Source: a virus. Taken from it: a stretch of DNA of 64,000 bases. Numbering within the stretch: the stretch's first letter is position 1; each line of letters begins with the position of its first letter. This document shows, one piece after another, positions 17,501 through 27,023 of the stretch. The translations under genes were made by a program, and so were the position numbers. The notes below the pieces were generated by a model. The model did not search any database, had not been told where the DNA came from, and was given only the letters and a program-made list of their open reading frames with translations. The stretch spans positions 10,598 through 74,597 of IMG/VR virus record IMGVR_UViG_3300032224_000809; one strand, 5' to 3'.

Positions 17501-18270
17501 AAAGTACTCCATATCTATATCTAACAAGAGATAGTGGCATTTCTATTAAAGGTGATTTTAAAGATGGCTCTGATAGAGGTATAGCAATTCCTATTAATTC
17601 CTCTAAGTCATCTTCATATAATTTAATGGCAGCACAATTCTCATTAAGATATGATTATGAGTTTTTCCCATTTTCTCCAATTAAAATTTTAAGTTTTGAC
17701 AATGGAACTAGGTTTATAGATATCTTCTTAGTTGCAAATACAACAGATGGAAAACGTGCAAAACTTTATGCAGTAAATGCTGCAACAGGAATTGTAGAAA
17801 GTGGTATTGCTTTTTATGTTAATGGAATTGTTAGCCGTGAGCCAGTTATTCAGGCTGGACACTGGGATATGCTGGGTATCTATTTTTCAGATCTTCTAAA
17901 TCTAAAAAGTATTAATGGAAAAATGTCGGTATCAGGACCAGTAACAATTAATAACATATCTTTATATGATGCAAGTAGGCTTTCAGAAGTAAGAGATTTG
18001 CAGACTAGACCTTGGTTTAGGGTTAAGGTTACTAATGACCCAGAAGATCTTTATGAGTGGACCTTCTGGGATCTAGACTTTAACTGGGACGAGGTATTAG
18101 TTATTGCAACAACAAGCCTTTATGGGGTAGACCCAGAAACACTGTATAAAACCTTTATAGGCACAAATAGATTTATTGTTGATGATTCTTTGCCGTTATT
18201 GGTTGGAAATTATCAATATTCTATAAACTCGGATGTTAGATGGCAACAGGGAGTACAGACTTCTACGTAA
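14563..18270 (+). CDS. Large virion protein, probably with LamG/ConA-like domains
   Basis: 1235 aa, beta-rich. YAEKIYSEQPTAMWSLDD and TLEFWLR LamG-like motifs. Precedes the portal. Confidence 0.55.
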   Translation: MSNPSNIYAEKIYSEQPTAMWSLDDTADYISFVSSELKRSVHLWDIENGSGVVGTSENEPFPDSVVSSLNGQINKTYVKATSPDFAKFTDFDQDLKVFSIGAYVYSPSTYLSSIEIGYEYSDSTSGTTESVSKVFNINIGEKWLNVSDTFIIPRQDVYFNPFIKISYIPGGVVNDYKFLVNGLTVGQWNEEFSAKSLGVTKIQVPSTVRLLAGHDAIEAPSYGLQNDPGYYLVNNNRLLAQNSGIPLVFGSSNVTHIVQNSDGLPSFIFPGCGFLNESGKYEEKTLEFWLRIFADCSTPKRLVGPVASEDGLYAYKNNLILKVGEYTKSYGIDEWYRPMLVDLRMGINNTSLLINGDEVISISIDIDTISLPDKITKIGNTYFNNDWIGFYSYEEVTQFDIDTIAIYPYKVPSLVAKRRFVYGQGVEYPEILNSAYGGTSTVIDYPFSKYTNNYSYPDQGSWASGYFTNLSVTNNTLSTPNYKLPDFVFSNKSYDNFYLDNSTIQNDSDGNFLTLRPSAGWSSTDGYIHFDKLNILTDRTEAVYGVFKIAEHKSYAQVLIRIEDSSNGNYFSLELVGETLRYKFKNGDSISTVYSAEGILTGSLFIAGISIDKFIDAFGSSAASLFGNRAALSVYIAGTKEFASTFSGKIFGIHFANKDTLDLISYGFSDRGVPLDYENVFNDYSTGSEVGESDYDARFYNTNFWSSLADGGSVSSYISSRIGSVVSSYSLLPQYFMGSFKIDIGCHGYWKTTLPLTYFGKYVNDSYGDSYYDLDFLQFNISVPSPSKFVTIESTGSWKYEDLKQAYSNEEFNSYAYLNNQLYTNYNDYLDLKNRSEKTYSYDTSENPIRTRVTFEYTEASGQTPDSAYVNQIAPDKNGTVRVGSEWINTAYEVVDGMIIYPPSDVNFEDVSISVSVDMVTRSMLSLPMSIKQLQLSSQSFSEDGFNPIGTKFGTDIYPYTKSGLYYDYKTANPYSIYKKSTPYLYLTRDSGISIKGDFKDGSDRGIAIPINSSKSSSYNLMAAQFSLRYDYEFFPFSPIKILSFDNGTRFIDIFLVANTTDGKRAKLYAVNAATGIVESGIAFYVNGIVSREPVIQAGHWDMLGIYFSDLLNLKSINGKMSVSGPVTINNISLYDASRLSEVRDLQTRPWFRVKVTNDPEDLYEWTFWDLDFNWDEVLVIATTSLYGVDPETLYKTFIGTNRFIVDDSLPLLVGNYQYSINSDVRWQQGVQTST

Positions 18271-18288
18271 TATGGTATACTAATGGTT

Positions 18289-18675
18289 ATGGATTCATTA
18301 ATTAACCCCGAAACTGGCGAGCCGATAGTAAAGAATGTAAGACGACAAGTCATCGACAAGATGTACGACTGGGGTTTATACGTATATAAGAAGTCTGATG
18401 GTAAATGGTTTACAGACGGCACTGGCTCTGTTTTAAATATACCAGCAATGAAAAACGACATAGGAAGAATCTCCGAGTTAAAGAAAGCAGCAATGCACTA
18501 TGGGGATGACGGACAAGGAACAGCAGTATTTGTTCCAGGTCTGACAAGAGTTTCAGAAGAAGAATATTCAGAACAAGTTGATCGCTTTAAGTCTGGACTT
18601 ATTCCATCAATGAATGACCTTGGCGCAGTCCAAGCAGCAAAAGACACAATCGCTCTTTATGGAGATGAGGAATAA
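18289..18675 (+). CDS. Hypothetical protein upstream of the portal
   Basis: TGGTATACT promoter at 18273-18281; start at 18283 or 18289; coupled to the portal. Confidence 0.65.
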   Translation: MDSLINPETGEPIVKNVRRQVIDKMYDWGLYVYKKSDGKWFTDGTGSVLNIPAMKNDIGRISELKKAAMHYGDDGQGTAVFVPGLTRVSEEEYSEQVDRFKSGLIPSMNDLGAVQAAKDTIALYGDEE

Positions 18676-20291
18676 TGGATAATGATGATATCTTAGTTGG
18701 TGCAAGAATTGACCAAATTCAAGATGAAAGAAATGCTTTTGTAACAAGCGATCCATTCAATAAATCGTGGGATGATCTTAAAAATTTGTCGGGACTATCA
18801 AATAACTTTAAACGTAGAGCAGCCAGACTATCTAAGATGGAAGTAACAGATCAATATCTAGAAGACTCAGGATCTGGAAAAGTTGGTGTTGGTGGTGCTA
18901 AATCAAAAGAAATTAATCCAGGATCAGTATTTAGAAATGCGTATGGTCTCTTTGATGTAATTACTCCGCCATGGAACGTTTATGAGTTGGCAAATTATTA
19001 TGATACTTCGTTTGCAAATCATGCAGCAATTGATGCTAAAGTTGAAAATATTGTAGGGCTAGGTTATGACTTTAAGGTTTCTCCAAGAACAATGCTGAAG
19101 TTAGAATCATCAACAGACACTGGAGCAACAGACCGTGCAAGAAAAAGAATTGAAAGAGCAAAGATTGAAATGAGAGACTGGTTAGAATCTCTTAATGATG
19201 ACGATTCGCTTACTGGCACAATGGAAAAAGTGTATACAGATGTTCAAGCAATCGGTAATGGTTATTTAGAAATTGGAAGAACCACACGTGGGGAGATTGG
19301 GTATGTAGGGCATATTCCAGCAACCACAATTAGAGTAAGACGATTAAAAGATGGATACATTCAGATTATTGGAAACAAAACAGTTTACTTTAAAAATTTT
19401 GGGGCAACAAATCAAAACATGGTTACTGATGATCCAAGACCAAATGAGATCATACACTTTAAGCAATACTCACCATTAAATACATTCTATGGCGTACCAG
19501 ACGTAATGTCTGCAATATCTTCACTTATTGGTGATCAACTGGCTTCACAATATAATATTGACTATTTCTCAAATAAGGCTGTCCCTAGATATGTTGTTAC
19601 ATTAAAGGGTGCAAAGTTATCTGCAGATGCAGAAGACAAAATGTTTAGATTTTTACAGACAGGCCTTAAAGGACAGTCTCACAGAACTCTTTATATTCCA
19701 CTTCCTCCAGACTCAGATACAAACAAGGTTGAATTTAAGATGGAGCCAATTGAGGCAGGAATTCAGGAAGGCTCATTTAAAGAATATCGTAAACAAAATC
19801 GTGACGACATTCTGGTAGCACATCAGGTTCCACTTTCAAAACTTGGAGGATCCGATTCTTCTGCTATTGCTGCAGCACTTGCTCAGGATAGAACATTTAA
19901 GGAGCAGGTTGCAAGACCAGCACAAGCACAACTTGAAAAAATGATCAATAAAGTTATTAAAGAAAAAACAGATATTCTTGAGTTTAAGTTTAACGAGTTG
20001 ACACTTACTGATGAAATTACTCAGTCTCAAATACTTGAGAGGTACGTAAAGAATCAGGTTATGACACCAAATGAAGCACGTATTGCTTTAGGTATGCCAG
20101 TAAGAGAAGGTGGCGATGAGCCACTAGACCTAAAGCCTCAGCAAGCAGCAGATGCCACAGCCAACAGGGCTAGAGATGGTGAGAGAGTAAATAATAACTC
20201 TGACAGTCCTACAACAGTTGCTGGTCGTAATCCTAAAGGACAAGGAAGAAAGTTTGATGATTTACTTGAACTATCCGAATTGTCCGAATAG
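18675..20291 (+). CDS. Portal protein
   Basis: IGNGYLEI, NEIIHFK..SP...YGVP, NxxYFSNKAVP, ILVAHQVP, MTPNEARIALG. Confidence 0.92.
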   Translation: MDNDDILVGARIDQIQDERNAFVTSDPFNKSWDDLKNLSGLSNNFKRRAARLSKMEVTDQYLEDSGSGKVGVGGAKSKEINPGSVFRNAYGLFDVITPPWNVYELANYYDTSFANHAAIDAKVENIVGLGYDFKVSPRTMLKLESSTDTGATDRARKRIERAKIEMRDWLESLNDDDSLTGTMEKVYTDVQAIGNGYLEIGRTTRGEIGYVGHIPATTIRVRRLKDGYIQIIGNKTVYFKNFGATNQNMVTDDPRPNEIIHFKQYSPLNTFYGVPDVMSAISSLIGDQLASQYNIDYFSNKAVPRYVVTLKGAKLSADAEDKMFRFLQTGLKGQSHRTLYIPLPPDSDTNKVEFKMEPIEAGIQEGSFKEYRKQNRDDILVAHQVPLSKLGGSDSSAIAAALAQDRTFKEQVARPAQAQLEKMINKVIKEKTDILEFKFNELTLTDEITQSQILERYVKNQVMTPNEARIALGMPVREGGDEPLDLKPQQAADATANRARDGERVNNNSDSPTTVAGRNPKGQGRKFDDLLELSELSE

Positions 20292-20323
20292 TGAGATATC
20301 AATAAAAAGGGGTTTATAATATA

Positions 20324-21760
20324 ATGGTGAACAGTCTATCTAAAGCCCATTGGAATTCGGATGGGGAAAATCTGCGTCTCTCGATGCCATTCTCAAAAGT
20401 TGATGAGAATAGAAGAACGGTATCTGGATTTGCATCACTTGATAATATTGACAAGCAGGATGATATTGTAACTGCCGAAGCATCAATGGAAGCATTTGCC
20501 AAGTTTCGTGGGAACATTAGAGAAATGCATCAACCATTAGCAGTAGGCAAAATGATTTCATTTAAAGCAGACAAATATTTTGATCCAGAAACAAAGAAAT
20601 TTTATAATGGAGTCTATGTATCTGCATATGTTTCAAAGGGTGCACAAGATACTTGGGAAAAGGTTCTTGATGGAACACTTCAAGGTTTTTCTATCGGTGG
20701 AAAAATGAATAAATGGGATGATGGTTATGACGAGAAATCGGATAAAGCAATTAGAATTATTAAGCAATATGATTTGGTAGAGTTGAGTCTTGTTGATTCA
20801 CCAGCAAATCAATTTGCAAACATTATGTCTGTAGAAAAAGTTGATGGAATAAATGTTATTAAAGCAGACGAAACAGTATTAGAAAATGTATTTTATGATA
20901 AAGAATCTGGTATCGTTATGGTTTCTGAAAATGAAAATGAGTTAAGCCCAACAACAGGAAGTCAAATGGAAAACATAGGATTCGTTGAAAAAACGGATAA
21001 CGAAAAGGTAACAATGATAAAATTCTTAGTTGATAGTGCTAAAGGCATTAATACTTCTAAGATTAACAAGGAGGAAAACCTTATGGCAAAATCAACAAAA
21101 AACACAGTTGAAGAGATCGTAGAGAAATCTGATATTGCAGTTGAAATAACAGAGGTCGCTCCAGTAGCAGAAAATGAAGTTACAAAGGCTTCAACATGTC
21201 CAGATTGCGGAAAATCTATGGACGCATGCAAATGCGATTCAAAGGCTGATGCAGCAACATGTCCAGATTGCGGAAAGGCTATGGACGCATGCGAATGTGC
21301 TTCAAAGTCAGATGCAGAAACAGAAAAGGCTGCAAAGCCAAAGGCTGGCGAAGAGTCTGCTGCTCATGAAGGAACTGAATCAACAGATGTTGAAGCAGAA
21401 GAAGACAAGAAGAAGCCTATGGCTCCTAAGTCAGATGTTGTAGAAACAAATGACGGTCTTGAAAAAGCCTTTAGCGATCTAGTAGAAATAGTCAAGTCAT
21501 TGCAATCAGAAGTAGAACTTTTAAAGTCTACTAAGGTTGACATTGAAGTGGCACAAAATTCATTTGAAGCAGTTGCAAAAGATATTGCATCAGCAACAAA
21601 TGTATTTAATGAATTTGGAAAGCGTGTAGAACTTGTAGAGCAAGATACTGCATTCCGAAAGTCTGGTGATCTCGGAGAGATTATTCAGGATCAGCCTGAA
21701 ATGGTTGAAAAATCCCTATGGGGCGGGAGTTTCCTCAAAACAACCGATCTATTTAAGTAA
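20324..21760 (+). CDS. Prohead protease fused to acidic scaffold
   Basis: VSGFAS..NIDKQDD, IREMH, GFSIGG, ELSLVDSPANQ; acidic coiled-coil C-terminal half. Confidence 0.85.
   Translation: MVNSLSKAHWNSDGENLRLSMPFSKVDENRRTVSGFASLDNIDKQDDIVTAEASMEAFAKFRGNIREMHQPLAVGKMISFKADKYFDPETKKFYNGVYVSAYVSKGAQDTWEKVLDGTLQGFSIGGKMNKWDDGYDEKSDKAIRIIKQYDLVELSLVDSPANQFANIMSVEKVDGINVIKADETVLENVFYDKESGIVMVSENENELSPTTGSQMENIGFVEKTDNEKVTMIKFLVDSAKGINTSKINKEENLMAKSTKNTVEEIVEKSDIAVEITEVAPVAENEVTKASTCPDCGKSMDACKCDSKADAATCPDCGKAMDACECASKSDAETEKAAKPKAGEESAAHEGTESTDVEAEEDKKKPMAPKSDVVETNDGLEKAFSDLVEIVKSLQSEVELLKSTKVDIEVAQNSFEAVAKDIASATNVFNEFGKRVELVEQDTAFRKSGDLGEIIQDQPEMVEKSLWGGSFLKTTDLFK
21083..21760 (+). CDS. Nested in-frame scaffold protein
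   Basis: AAGGAGG at 21068-21074 precedes the in-frame ATG 21083. Confidence 0.55.
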   Translation: MAKSTKNTVEEIVEKSDIAVEITEVAPVAENEVTKASTCPDCGKSMDACKCDSKADAATCPDCGKAMDACECASKSDAETEKAAKPKAGEESAAHEGTESTDVEAEEDKKKPMAPKSDVVETNDGLEKAFSDLVEIVKSLQSEVELLKSTKVDIEVAQNSFEAVAKDIASATNVFNEFGKRVELVEQDTAFRKSGDLGEIIQDQPEMVEKSLWGGSFLKTTDLFK

Positions 21761-21784
21761 GAAAGTCACTTGGAGGTGAAATAA

Positions 21785-22921
21785 ATGTCGGAACAAAATA
21801 TAGAAAAGAATCAACCAGGAACTTCTGGTAACGTGGGCGGAACAGCCCCAGGACTCTACCAAGGCCAAGGATCATTCGTATCAGGTGGTATTGGCGGAGT
21901 TTCTAACCCAGGAGCAAGCACATTGGGTAACACCCCAGTGGCAACCCTAGGTTCAAACTCTGGTTCCAATGCCGTAAACCCTTCTGGGACTACTGCAGCA
22001 TCTGGAATTTTGCGCCCTGAACAGGCACGTCGTTTTATTGACTATGTTTGGGATGCAACTGTACTTGCAAATGATGGCCGTAAGGTCACAATGCGAGCAA
22101 ACACTATGGAACTTGAAAAGGTAAACGTAGGAGAACGTGTAATTCGTTCAGCAGCACAGGCTGACGGTACATATACAAACACAGGAGCGACATTCTCAAA
22201 GGTCGAATTAACTACAAAGAAGATTCGTCTTGACTGGGAAGTATCTGCTGAAGCACTTGAAGATGGCGTAGAAGGAGATGCTCTTGAGGATCACCTAGTA
22301 CGTTTGATGACAAATGCGTTTGCAAATGATATCGAAGACCTTGCAATCAATGGTGATGGTTCAACATCCCCATTCCTTAACATCATGACTGGTTTCGTAA
22401 AGAAGACCAAGACTAACGGATTCGCACATGAGTCAGTTGTAACCGTAGCAGATAATGCTTGGACACCTGAAGTTATGCAGGGAATCATCAATGTAATGCC
22501 ACGTAAGTACCGTGCACTTAAGAACAATCTTAAGTTCTACGCAGGTACAGATGTATTCGGAGGAATCGTTAAGAACAACGGTACCCTTGCAGATGCAGTT
22601 GCAGAAGCATTTACTGGTCGTATGCCAGGAAGCACACAAGCAAACCGTCAGAACTATCTAGACGGACTTGGACAGACATTTGGTGGAGCACGTACAACTC
22701 GTGTTCTCGGAATTGAAGTTCAGGAAGTCCCTTACTACCCAGCAGGATACGTCGACTTGACATTCCCTGCTAACCGTGTATGGGGTATGCAACGTGACAT
22801 CACTGTAAACCGTGAATACGTAGCAAAGAAGGACACAATTGAATACACAGTATTCGTCCGCTTTGGTATTCAGTGGGAAGAAGAAGATGCAATTGCATTC
22901 GCTGACGCTGCTGCAGAGTAA
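21785..22921 (+). CDS. Major capsid protein (HK97 fold)
   Basis: GILRPEQARRFID, EALEDGVEG, FANDIEDLAINGDG. GGAGG RBS; position after the protease. Confidence 0.92.
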   Translation: MSEQNIEKNQPGTSGNVGGTAPGLYQGQGSFVSGGIGGVSNPGASTLGNTPVATLGSNSGSNAVNPSGTTAASGILRPEQARRFIDYVWDATVLANDGRKVTMRANTMELEKVNVGERVIRSAAQADGTYTNTGATFSKVELTTKKIRLDWEVSAEALEDGVEGDALEDHLVRLMTNAFANDIEDLAINGDGSTSPFLNIMTGFVKKTKTNGFAHESVVTVADNAWTPEVMQGIINVMPRKYRALKNNLKFYAGTDVFGGIVKNNGTLADAVAEAFTGRMPGSTQANRQNYLDGLGQTFGGARTTRVLGIEVQEVPYYPAGYVDLTFPANRVWGMQRDITVNREYVAKKDTIEYTVFVRFGIQWEEEDAIAFADAAAE

Positions 22922-22937
22922 TCTGTAAACAGTACCT

Positions 22938-22978
22938 TTAATGGGGGGCGGGAGTTCACTCTCCTGCCCCCTTATTAA
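22938..22978 (+). terminator. Hairpin terminator after the capsid gene
   Basis: GGGGGCGGGAG / CTCCTGCCCCC stem. Confidence 0.7.
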
Positions 22979-23024
22979 ATTTATAATGATATAATACAAT
23001 TAACACTACAAGGAGGGCATACTT

Positions 23025-23579
23025 ATGTCAGAAGAACTAAATAACGAAATTGCTGGGACATTTTCAGAAGAAGAACTATCTTCTATTGTTGAAGAAAACC
23101 CAGAAGTTTTAGAAGTACCAGAACCACCTGCACCAGCAATGAGTGAAGAAGATCAAGCAATGGTTGATGAAGTTAACGATGTAGAATTACTTGAACTTGA
23201 AGATGCACCACAATGGAAAGACCCAGAGCCTTTCCTTTACGTTCATCCAGGAGAGCCAGGATCAGATGATCATGTTATAGGTTCACCAGAAACACCAGAG
23301 GTCGCACCACAGCCATCACTTGGCTACAACGATAATGGAGTTTTAGGATCGACTGCACCAGTTGAACAAGAAGTTCATGCAGCACCTGCTGCACCATCTG
23401 CACCACTTACATCAGACAAGGTTGCAGTATTTTCTACAAGAAACGCATCATGGGGAGAATTTGGCAAGGTCTATAATGGCTACAACATTCTTTCTCCAAA
23501 GGCAGCCGAGGCTTGGTTGACAAGAGATCACTGCAGAATTGCTACACCAGAAGAAGTTGCGAAGGAATTCGGTAACTAA
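23025..23579 (+). CDS. Acidic Pro-rich hypothetical protein
   Basis: AGGAGG RBS; TGATATAAT promoter at 22987-22995. Confidence 0.65.
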   Translation: MSEELNNEIAGTFSEEELSSIVEENPEVLEVPEPPAPAMSEEDQAMVDEVNDVELLELEDAPQWKDPEPFLYVHPGEPGSDDHVIGSPETPEVAPQPSLGYNDNGVLGSTAPVEQEVHAAPAAPSAPLTSDKVAVFSTRNASWGEFGKVYNGYNILSPKAAEAWLTRDHCRIATPEEVAKEFGN

Positions 23580-23582
23580 TTC

Positions 23583-24491
23583 ATGGAGGTAATGAGAGTT
23601 CCACCTTATCCTATTACAACTACTTGGACACTACCTATAGCCAACTATAACTATGTTCAAGTTGTTGAGGATTTGGTGGATCACTCAGTAGTAGAGACTA
23701 CAGTACATTCAGATGCTCATGGCATTGTTACATATGTGCTACCACTAGACAAAGTAAGTTTTGATAGAAAGTTTTACATTAAGTTTTATGACACAGCAAA
23801 AGTTAATGTTTTGTATGAAGAAAACCTAGATATTATTAGACCATATGTGAATGCAAACAAGATTGGTGATACTGCTTCAGAAGTTGCAGAGTATAGAATG
23901 CATGAACTTTTTGCTAGAGCAATTATTGATACTATTATTCCAAATGGATTCTATAACCATAAACAAATTATTCAGACAGTTGGACAAGGAACAGATTACT
24001 TCCCACTATGGGCCGACACAAATAAAATTTTAAAAGTATATGAAAATAACGTTTTAGTTTATGATGTAGAAACACCACAAACAAATATACATAATTATAT
24101 GATTACTCTTGATAACTCTGCAGTTCAAAGAGTTGTAAATGAAATGTGGAATCGTGCAGAATATCAAATGCCTAACCTACCGATCTCAAGAGGAGACCTT
24201 GGATATTTTGGATATGAAACAGTAGGGTTCCCATCAGGATGGGATTATACATTTATTGTTGATAGCGGATATAAAACTATTCCATCAGATGTAGAGGTTG
24301 CAACTAAAGCACTTATTGAAGATATAAAATGTGGAAAATTAGACTATTATAAAAGATATGTAAAATCATATAATACAGATCAATTTACAATTGAATTTGA
24401 TCCAGCAATACTTAGCGGAACAGGAAATATGTTTGTAGATAAGATTTTAGATAAGTATGCTAATACTATTCTAAAGCCAGGGATAATCTAA
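23583..24491 (+). CDS. Head-tail adaptor/connector
   Basis: ARAIID..., GYKTIPSDVEVAT, VDKILDKY; synteny. Confidence 0.65.
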   Translation: MEVMRVPPYPITTTWTLPIANYNYVQVVEDLVDHSVVETTVHSDAHGIVTYVLPLDKVSFDRKFYIKFYDTAKVNVLYEENLDIIRPYVNANKIGDTASEVAEYRMHELFARAIIDTIIPNGFYNHKQIIQTVGQGTDYFPLWADTNKILKVYENNVLVYDVETPQTNIHNYMITLDNSAVQRVVNEMWNRAEYQMPNLPISRGDLGYFGYETVGFPSGWDYTFIVDSGYKTIPSDVEVATKALIEDIKCGKLDYYKRYVKSYNTDQFTIEFDPAILSGTGNMFVDKILDKYANTILKPGII

Positions 24492-24937
24492 TGTTATGCG
24501 AAATTTCAGATTTTACTTTCCCACTATTGGCTGATGTTTATTACCCAATCGTTACACAAGGAGACCTTGGAGAAGTAAAAAAGCAGTGGCTAATAGACAA
24601 GACAATTGCTTGTAGCCTATCTTATGCGGGACTTAAAGCAAAAGAAGAAATAACCCCAAACCCAATTATCACACATAGTTCAGTACTATACGGAAGAACA
24701 AAAAACGATATTAGAATCTCAGAACGACAAGAAGCCACCTCTATTACAAATATTGTACTAACAAACATAAGAGATTCATCTGGAACACCAATATATACAG
24801 AGACAGCAGGAGTTAGAGCAGGCAAGTCAACAATATTTGAAATTGCTACTAGTGAGCCTTTTGTTGGGCCCTTCGGAGGAATTGAATATTATAAATTAGT
24901 TGTTAGAAGATCTGAAAACCAGGTGTCAACAATATGA
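24491..24937 (+). CDS. Head closure (stopper) protein
   Basis: Synteny and size; ADVYYP..QGDLGEVKKQW. Confidence 0.55.
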   Translation: MLCEISDFTFPLLADVYYPIVTQGDLGEVKKQWLIDKTIACSLSYAGLKAKEEITPNPIITHSSVLYGRTKNDIRISERQEATSITNIVLTNIRDSSGTPIYTETAGVRAGKSTIFEIATSEPFVGPFGGIEYYKLVVRRSENQVSTI

Positions 24938-25614
24938 TAAGCCTTAAGTTTAATACAGCAGCATTTAATAAAGAAATGAAAAACATAATGGACTACTCAT
25001 TTGGATTTCTTGAAGGACTTGAATACGGTAAAACAGAAATGTATAGAAACTTAGGACCAGAAATTACAGATATTGTTTATTCATACATAGACTCAAATGC
25101 AAGGGTAAGCCCACAAACACTTCATCACATATATGAGTGGTATCAGATAGGAAGCCCAGAGTCACGACTATACGACATAAACTACTCAATAACATCAACA
25201 GGTTTAAAATTCTCTAGTAACTTTAAACAATCAAACACTATAAAAGATGGATCTAAAGTACCCTTCTATAGCAAGGCGCAGATTATGGAAAGCGGAACTC
25301 CTGTTACCATAGCACCTAGAAAAGCAAAGGTTTTAGCATTCGATATTGATGGACAGACAATATTTACTCCAAACTCAGTTACTATTGATAACCCTGGAGG
25401 TCAGTCACAAGGTCAATTTGCAAAAGTTTTAGATTCATTTTTTAGTGTTTATTTTAAACAATCATTTTTAAAGGCAAGCGGTTTATCAGATCACTTCAAG
25501 AATGCTAAAGTATTTAAAGAAAATATTCGTGCAGGTGCAAGAGGTGGAAGGTCAGTCGGAGTATCAACTGGATCTCGCTGGGTAGCAACTGCATCAATTG
25601 GAAAGGTATCATAA
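24934..25614 (+). CDS. Neck/tail completion protein (HK97 gp10-like)
   Basis: AQIMESGT..IAPRKAKVLAF...VTIDNPGG; synteny. Confidence 0.6.
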   Translation: MISLKFNTAAFNKEMKNIMDYSFGFLEGLEYGKTEMYRNLGPEITDIVYSYIDSNARVSPQTLHHIYEWYQIGSPESRLYDINYSITSTGLKFSSNFKQSNTIKDGSKVPFYSKAQIMESGTPVTIAPRKAKVLAFDIDGQTIFTPNSVTIDNPGGQSQGQFAKVLDSFFSVYFKQSFLKASGLSDHFKNAKVFKENIRAGARGGRSVGVSTGSRWVATASIGKVS

Positions 25615-26234
25615 TGCAAGAACCTAATGACACAATATCAAAGAGAGTAAACTCTCCTTTTCATATAGCAGATGGAAAAGATTATATCCATATGCCACCA
25701 GCAATAATTAATGCATATATAAAGGATGTAGTTACGCCAGACCTTAATATTGCAGTAGAGTTTGTTCCAACAATGCCTACAGATATTGATGCATTTACTG
25801 AGCAATTTCCTGGAGGGCCTTTAGGGGCACTTGGAGTATATGACAGAATGTTTAGAATGCGTAGACTTCCTTTCCCACATATAAAATGCGAACAACTTCT
25901 ATATTATTTTTATGCAAGAGAGATAACAGATTTATATGCTATTCAAGAGTTATTTCTTGAGCACTTTGATGAGGGTGTTGATTCCGCAGAAAACATCAAT
26001 AGGTGGTACGCAGCAAACGCTATCAATGTGCCAGCAAAATATAGAACAAGTCTTACCTTCCATAGTTTTAAGATATACCAACTTAATGAAAGCCGAGATA
26101 TTATTGACTTTGGAACAGCAAGAACTTGGTCTGGAAATAAGATAATTATCGAGTATGACTACCATCACAAGAAGTCCGATGACCCCACATACGATCCAAC
26201 CCGCCCCAATTACCTTGCCAATCGCCTCAACTAA
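25614..26234 (+). CDS. Putative tail terminator
   Basis: Position immediately before the major tail gene. Confidence 0.5.
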   Translation: MQEPNDTISKRVNSPFHIADGKDYIHMPPAIINAYIKDVVTPDLNIAVEFVPTMPTDIDAFTEQFPGGPLGALGVYDRMFRMRRLPFPHIKCEQLLYYFYAREITDLYAIQELFLEHFDEGVDSAENINRWYAANAINVPAKYRTSLTFHSFKIYQLNESRDIIDFGTARTWSGNKIIIEYDYHHKKSDDPTYDPTRPNYLANRLN

Positions 26235-26308
26235 TCGGTAAAAACACTGTTATAATTAATACGAGGAAACAAGCCCTTTATTTCATATAAAGGAAAAGGT
26301 GAAAAAAT

Positions 26309-26950
26309 ATGGCATATTCAAGAGGAAGTAACGCTAACATCATCGTTGGCGCAGCAGCGCTCTTCACATACGAAGACGGTGCCCTTACACCATCTACTTC
26401 GGTTCCAGCATTCGTGTCTGGTACAAAGTACACAGAAACTCTTTCAGCATCAGCCAACACTGCAAAGTGGCGTAACGTAGGTTATACCAGCAATGGTCTA
26501 GAACTACAGTTCCAGCCAGATTTCGGTGAAGTTGCAGTTGATCAGGTTCTTGACGTAGCAAAGTTGTTCAAGCAAGGTATGAAGGTCAATCTAAAGACAT
26601 CATTCGCTGAAGCAACAATGGAAAACCTTCTAGTTGCATTAGCAGCAAAAGATTCTAACTTGTCTACAGTTGCGGGAAACCCAACACTTAACCTATCTGC
26701 AGGAGACTTGGGCGACGTCCCAGTTGAAGCAGGTTTAATTGCTGTCGGTCCAGGATCTGGCGACGCAGCGGTTCACAAGGAGCGTATCTACACAGCATAC
26801 CGTGCACTTTCAATTGAAAGCGTAACAGTATCTGCAAAGCGTGATGCTGCTTCTATGTTTGAAGTTTCATTCCGTCTACTTCCAGATGATTCATCTGGTT
26901 CATACGGAAAGATTGTTGACCGTACCGTTGGTACATCAGGCCCAGCATAA
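26309..26950 (+). CDS. Major tail (tube) protein
   Basis: NIIVGAA..VGYTSNGLEL..FAEATMENL..FEVSFRLL. Own promoter (TGTTATAAT 26248-26256) and terminator. Confidence 0.85.
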   Translation: MAYSRGSNANIIVGAAALFTYEDGALTPSTSVPAFVSGTKYTETLSASANTAKWRNVGYTSNGLELQFQPDFGEVAVDQVLDVAKLFKQGMKVNLKTSFAEATMENLLVALAAKDSNLSTVAGNPTLNLSAGDLGDVPVEAGLIAVGPGSGDAAVHKERIYTAYRALSIESVTVSAKRDAASMFEVSFRLLPDDSSGSYGKIVDRTVGTSGPA

Positions 26951-26979
26951 TCTTCAAAATATAACTTAATAATAGAATT

Positions 26980-27012
26980 GGCCTCATCCTAACGGATGGG
27001 GCTTTTTCTTTT
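26980..27012 (+). terminator. Rho-independent terminator
   Basis: GCCTCATCC-TAAC-GGATGGGGC followed by a T-run. Confidence 0.8.
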
Positions 27013-27023
27013 GGTATACTTAT

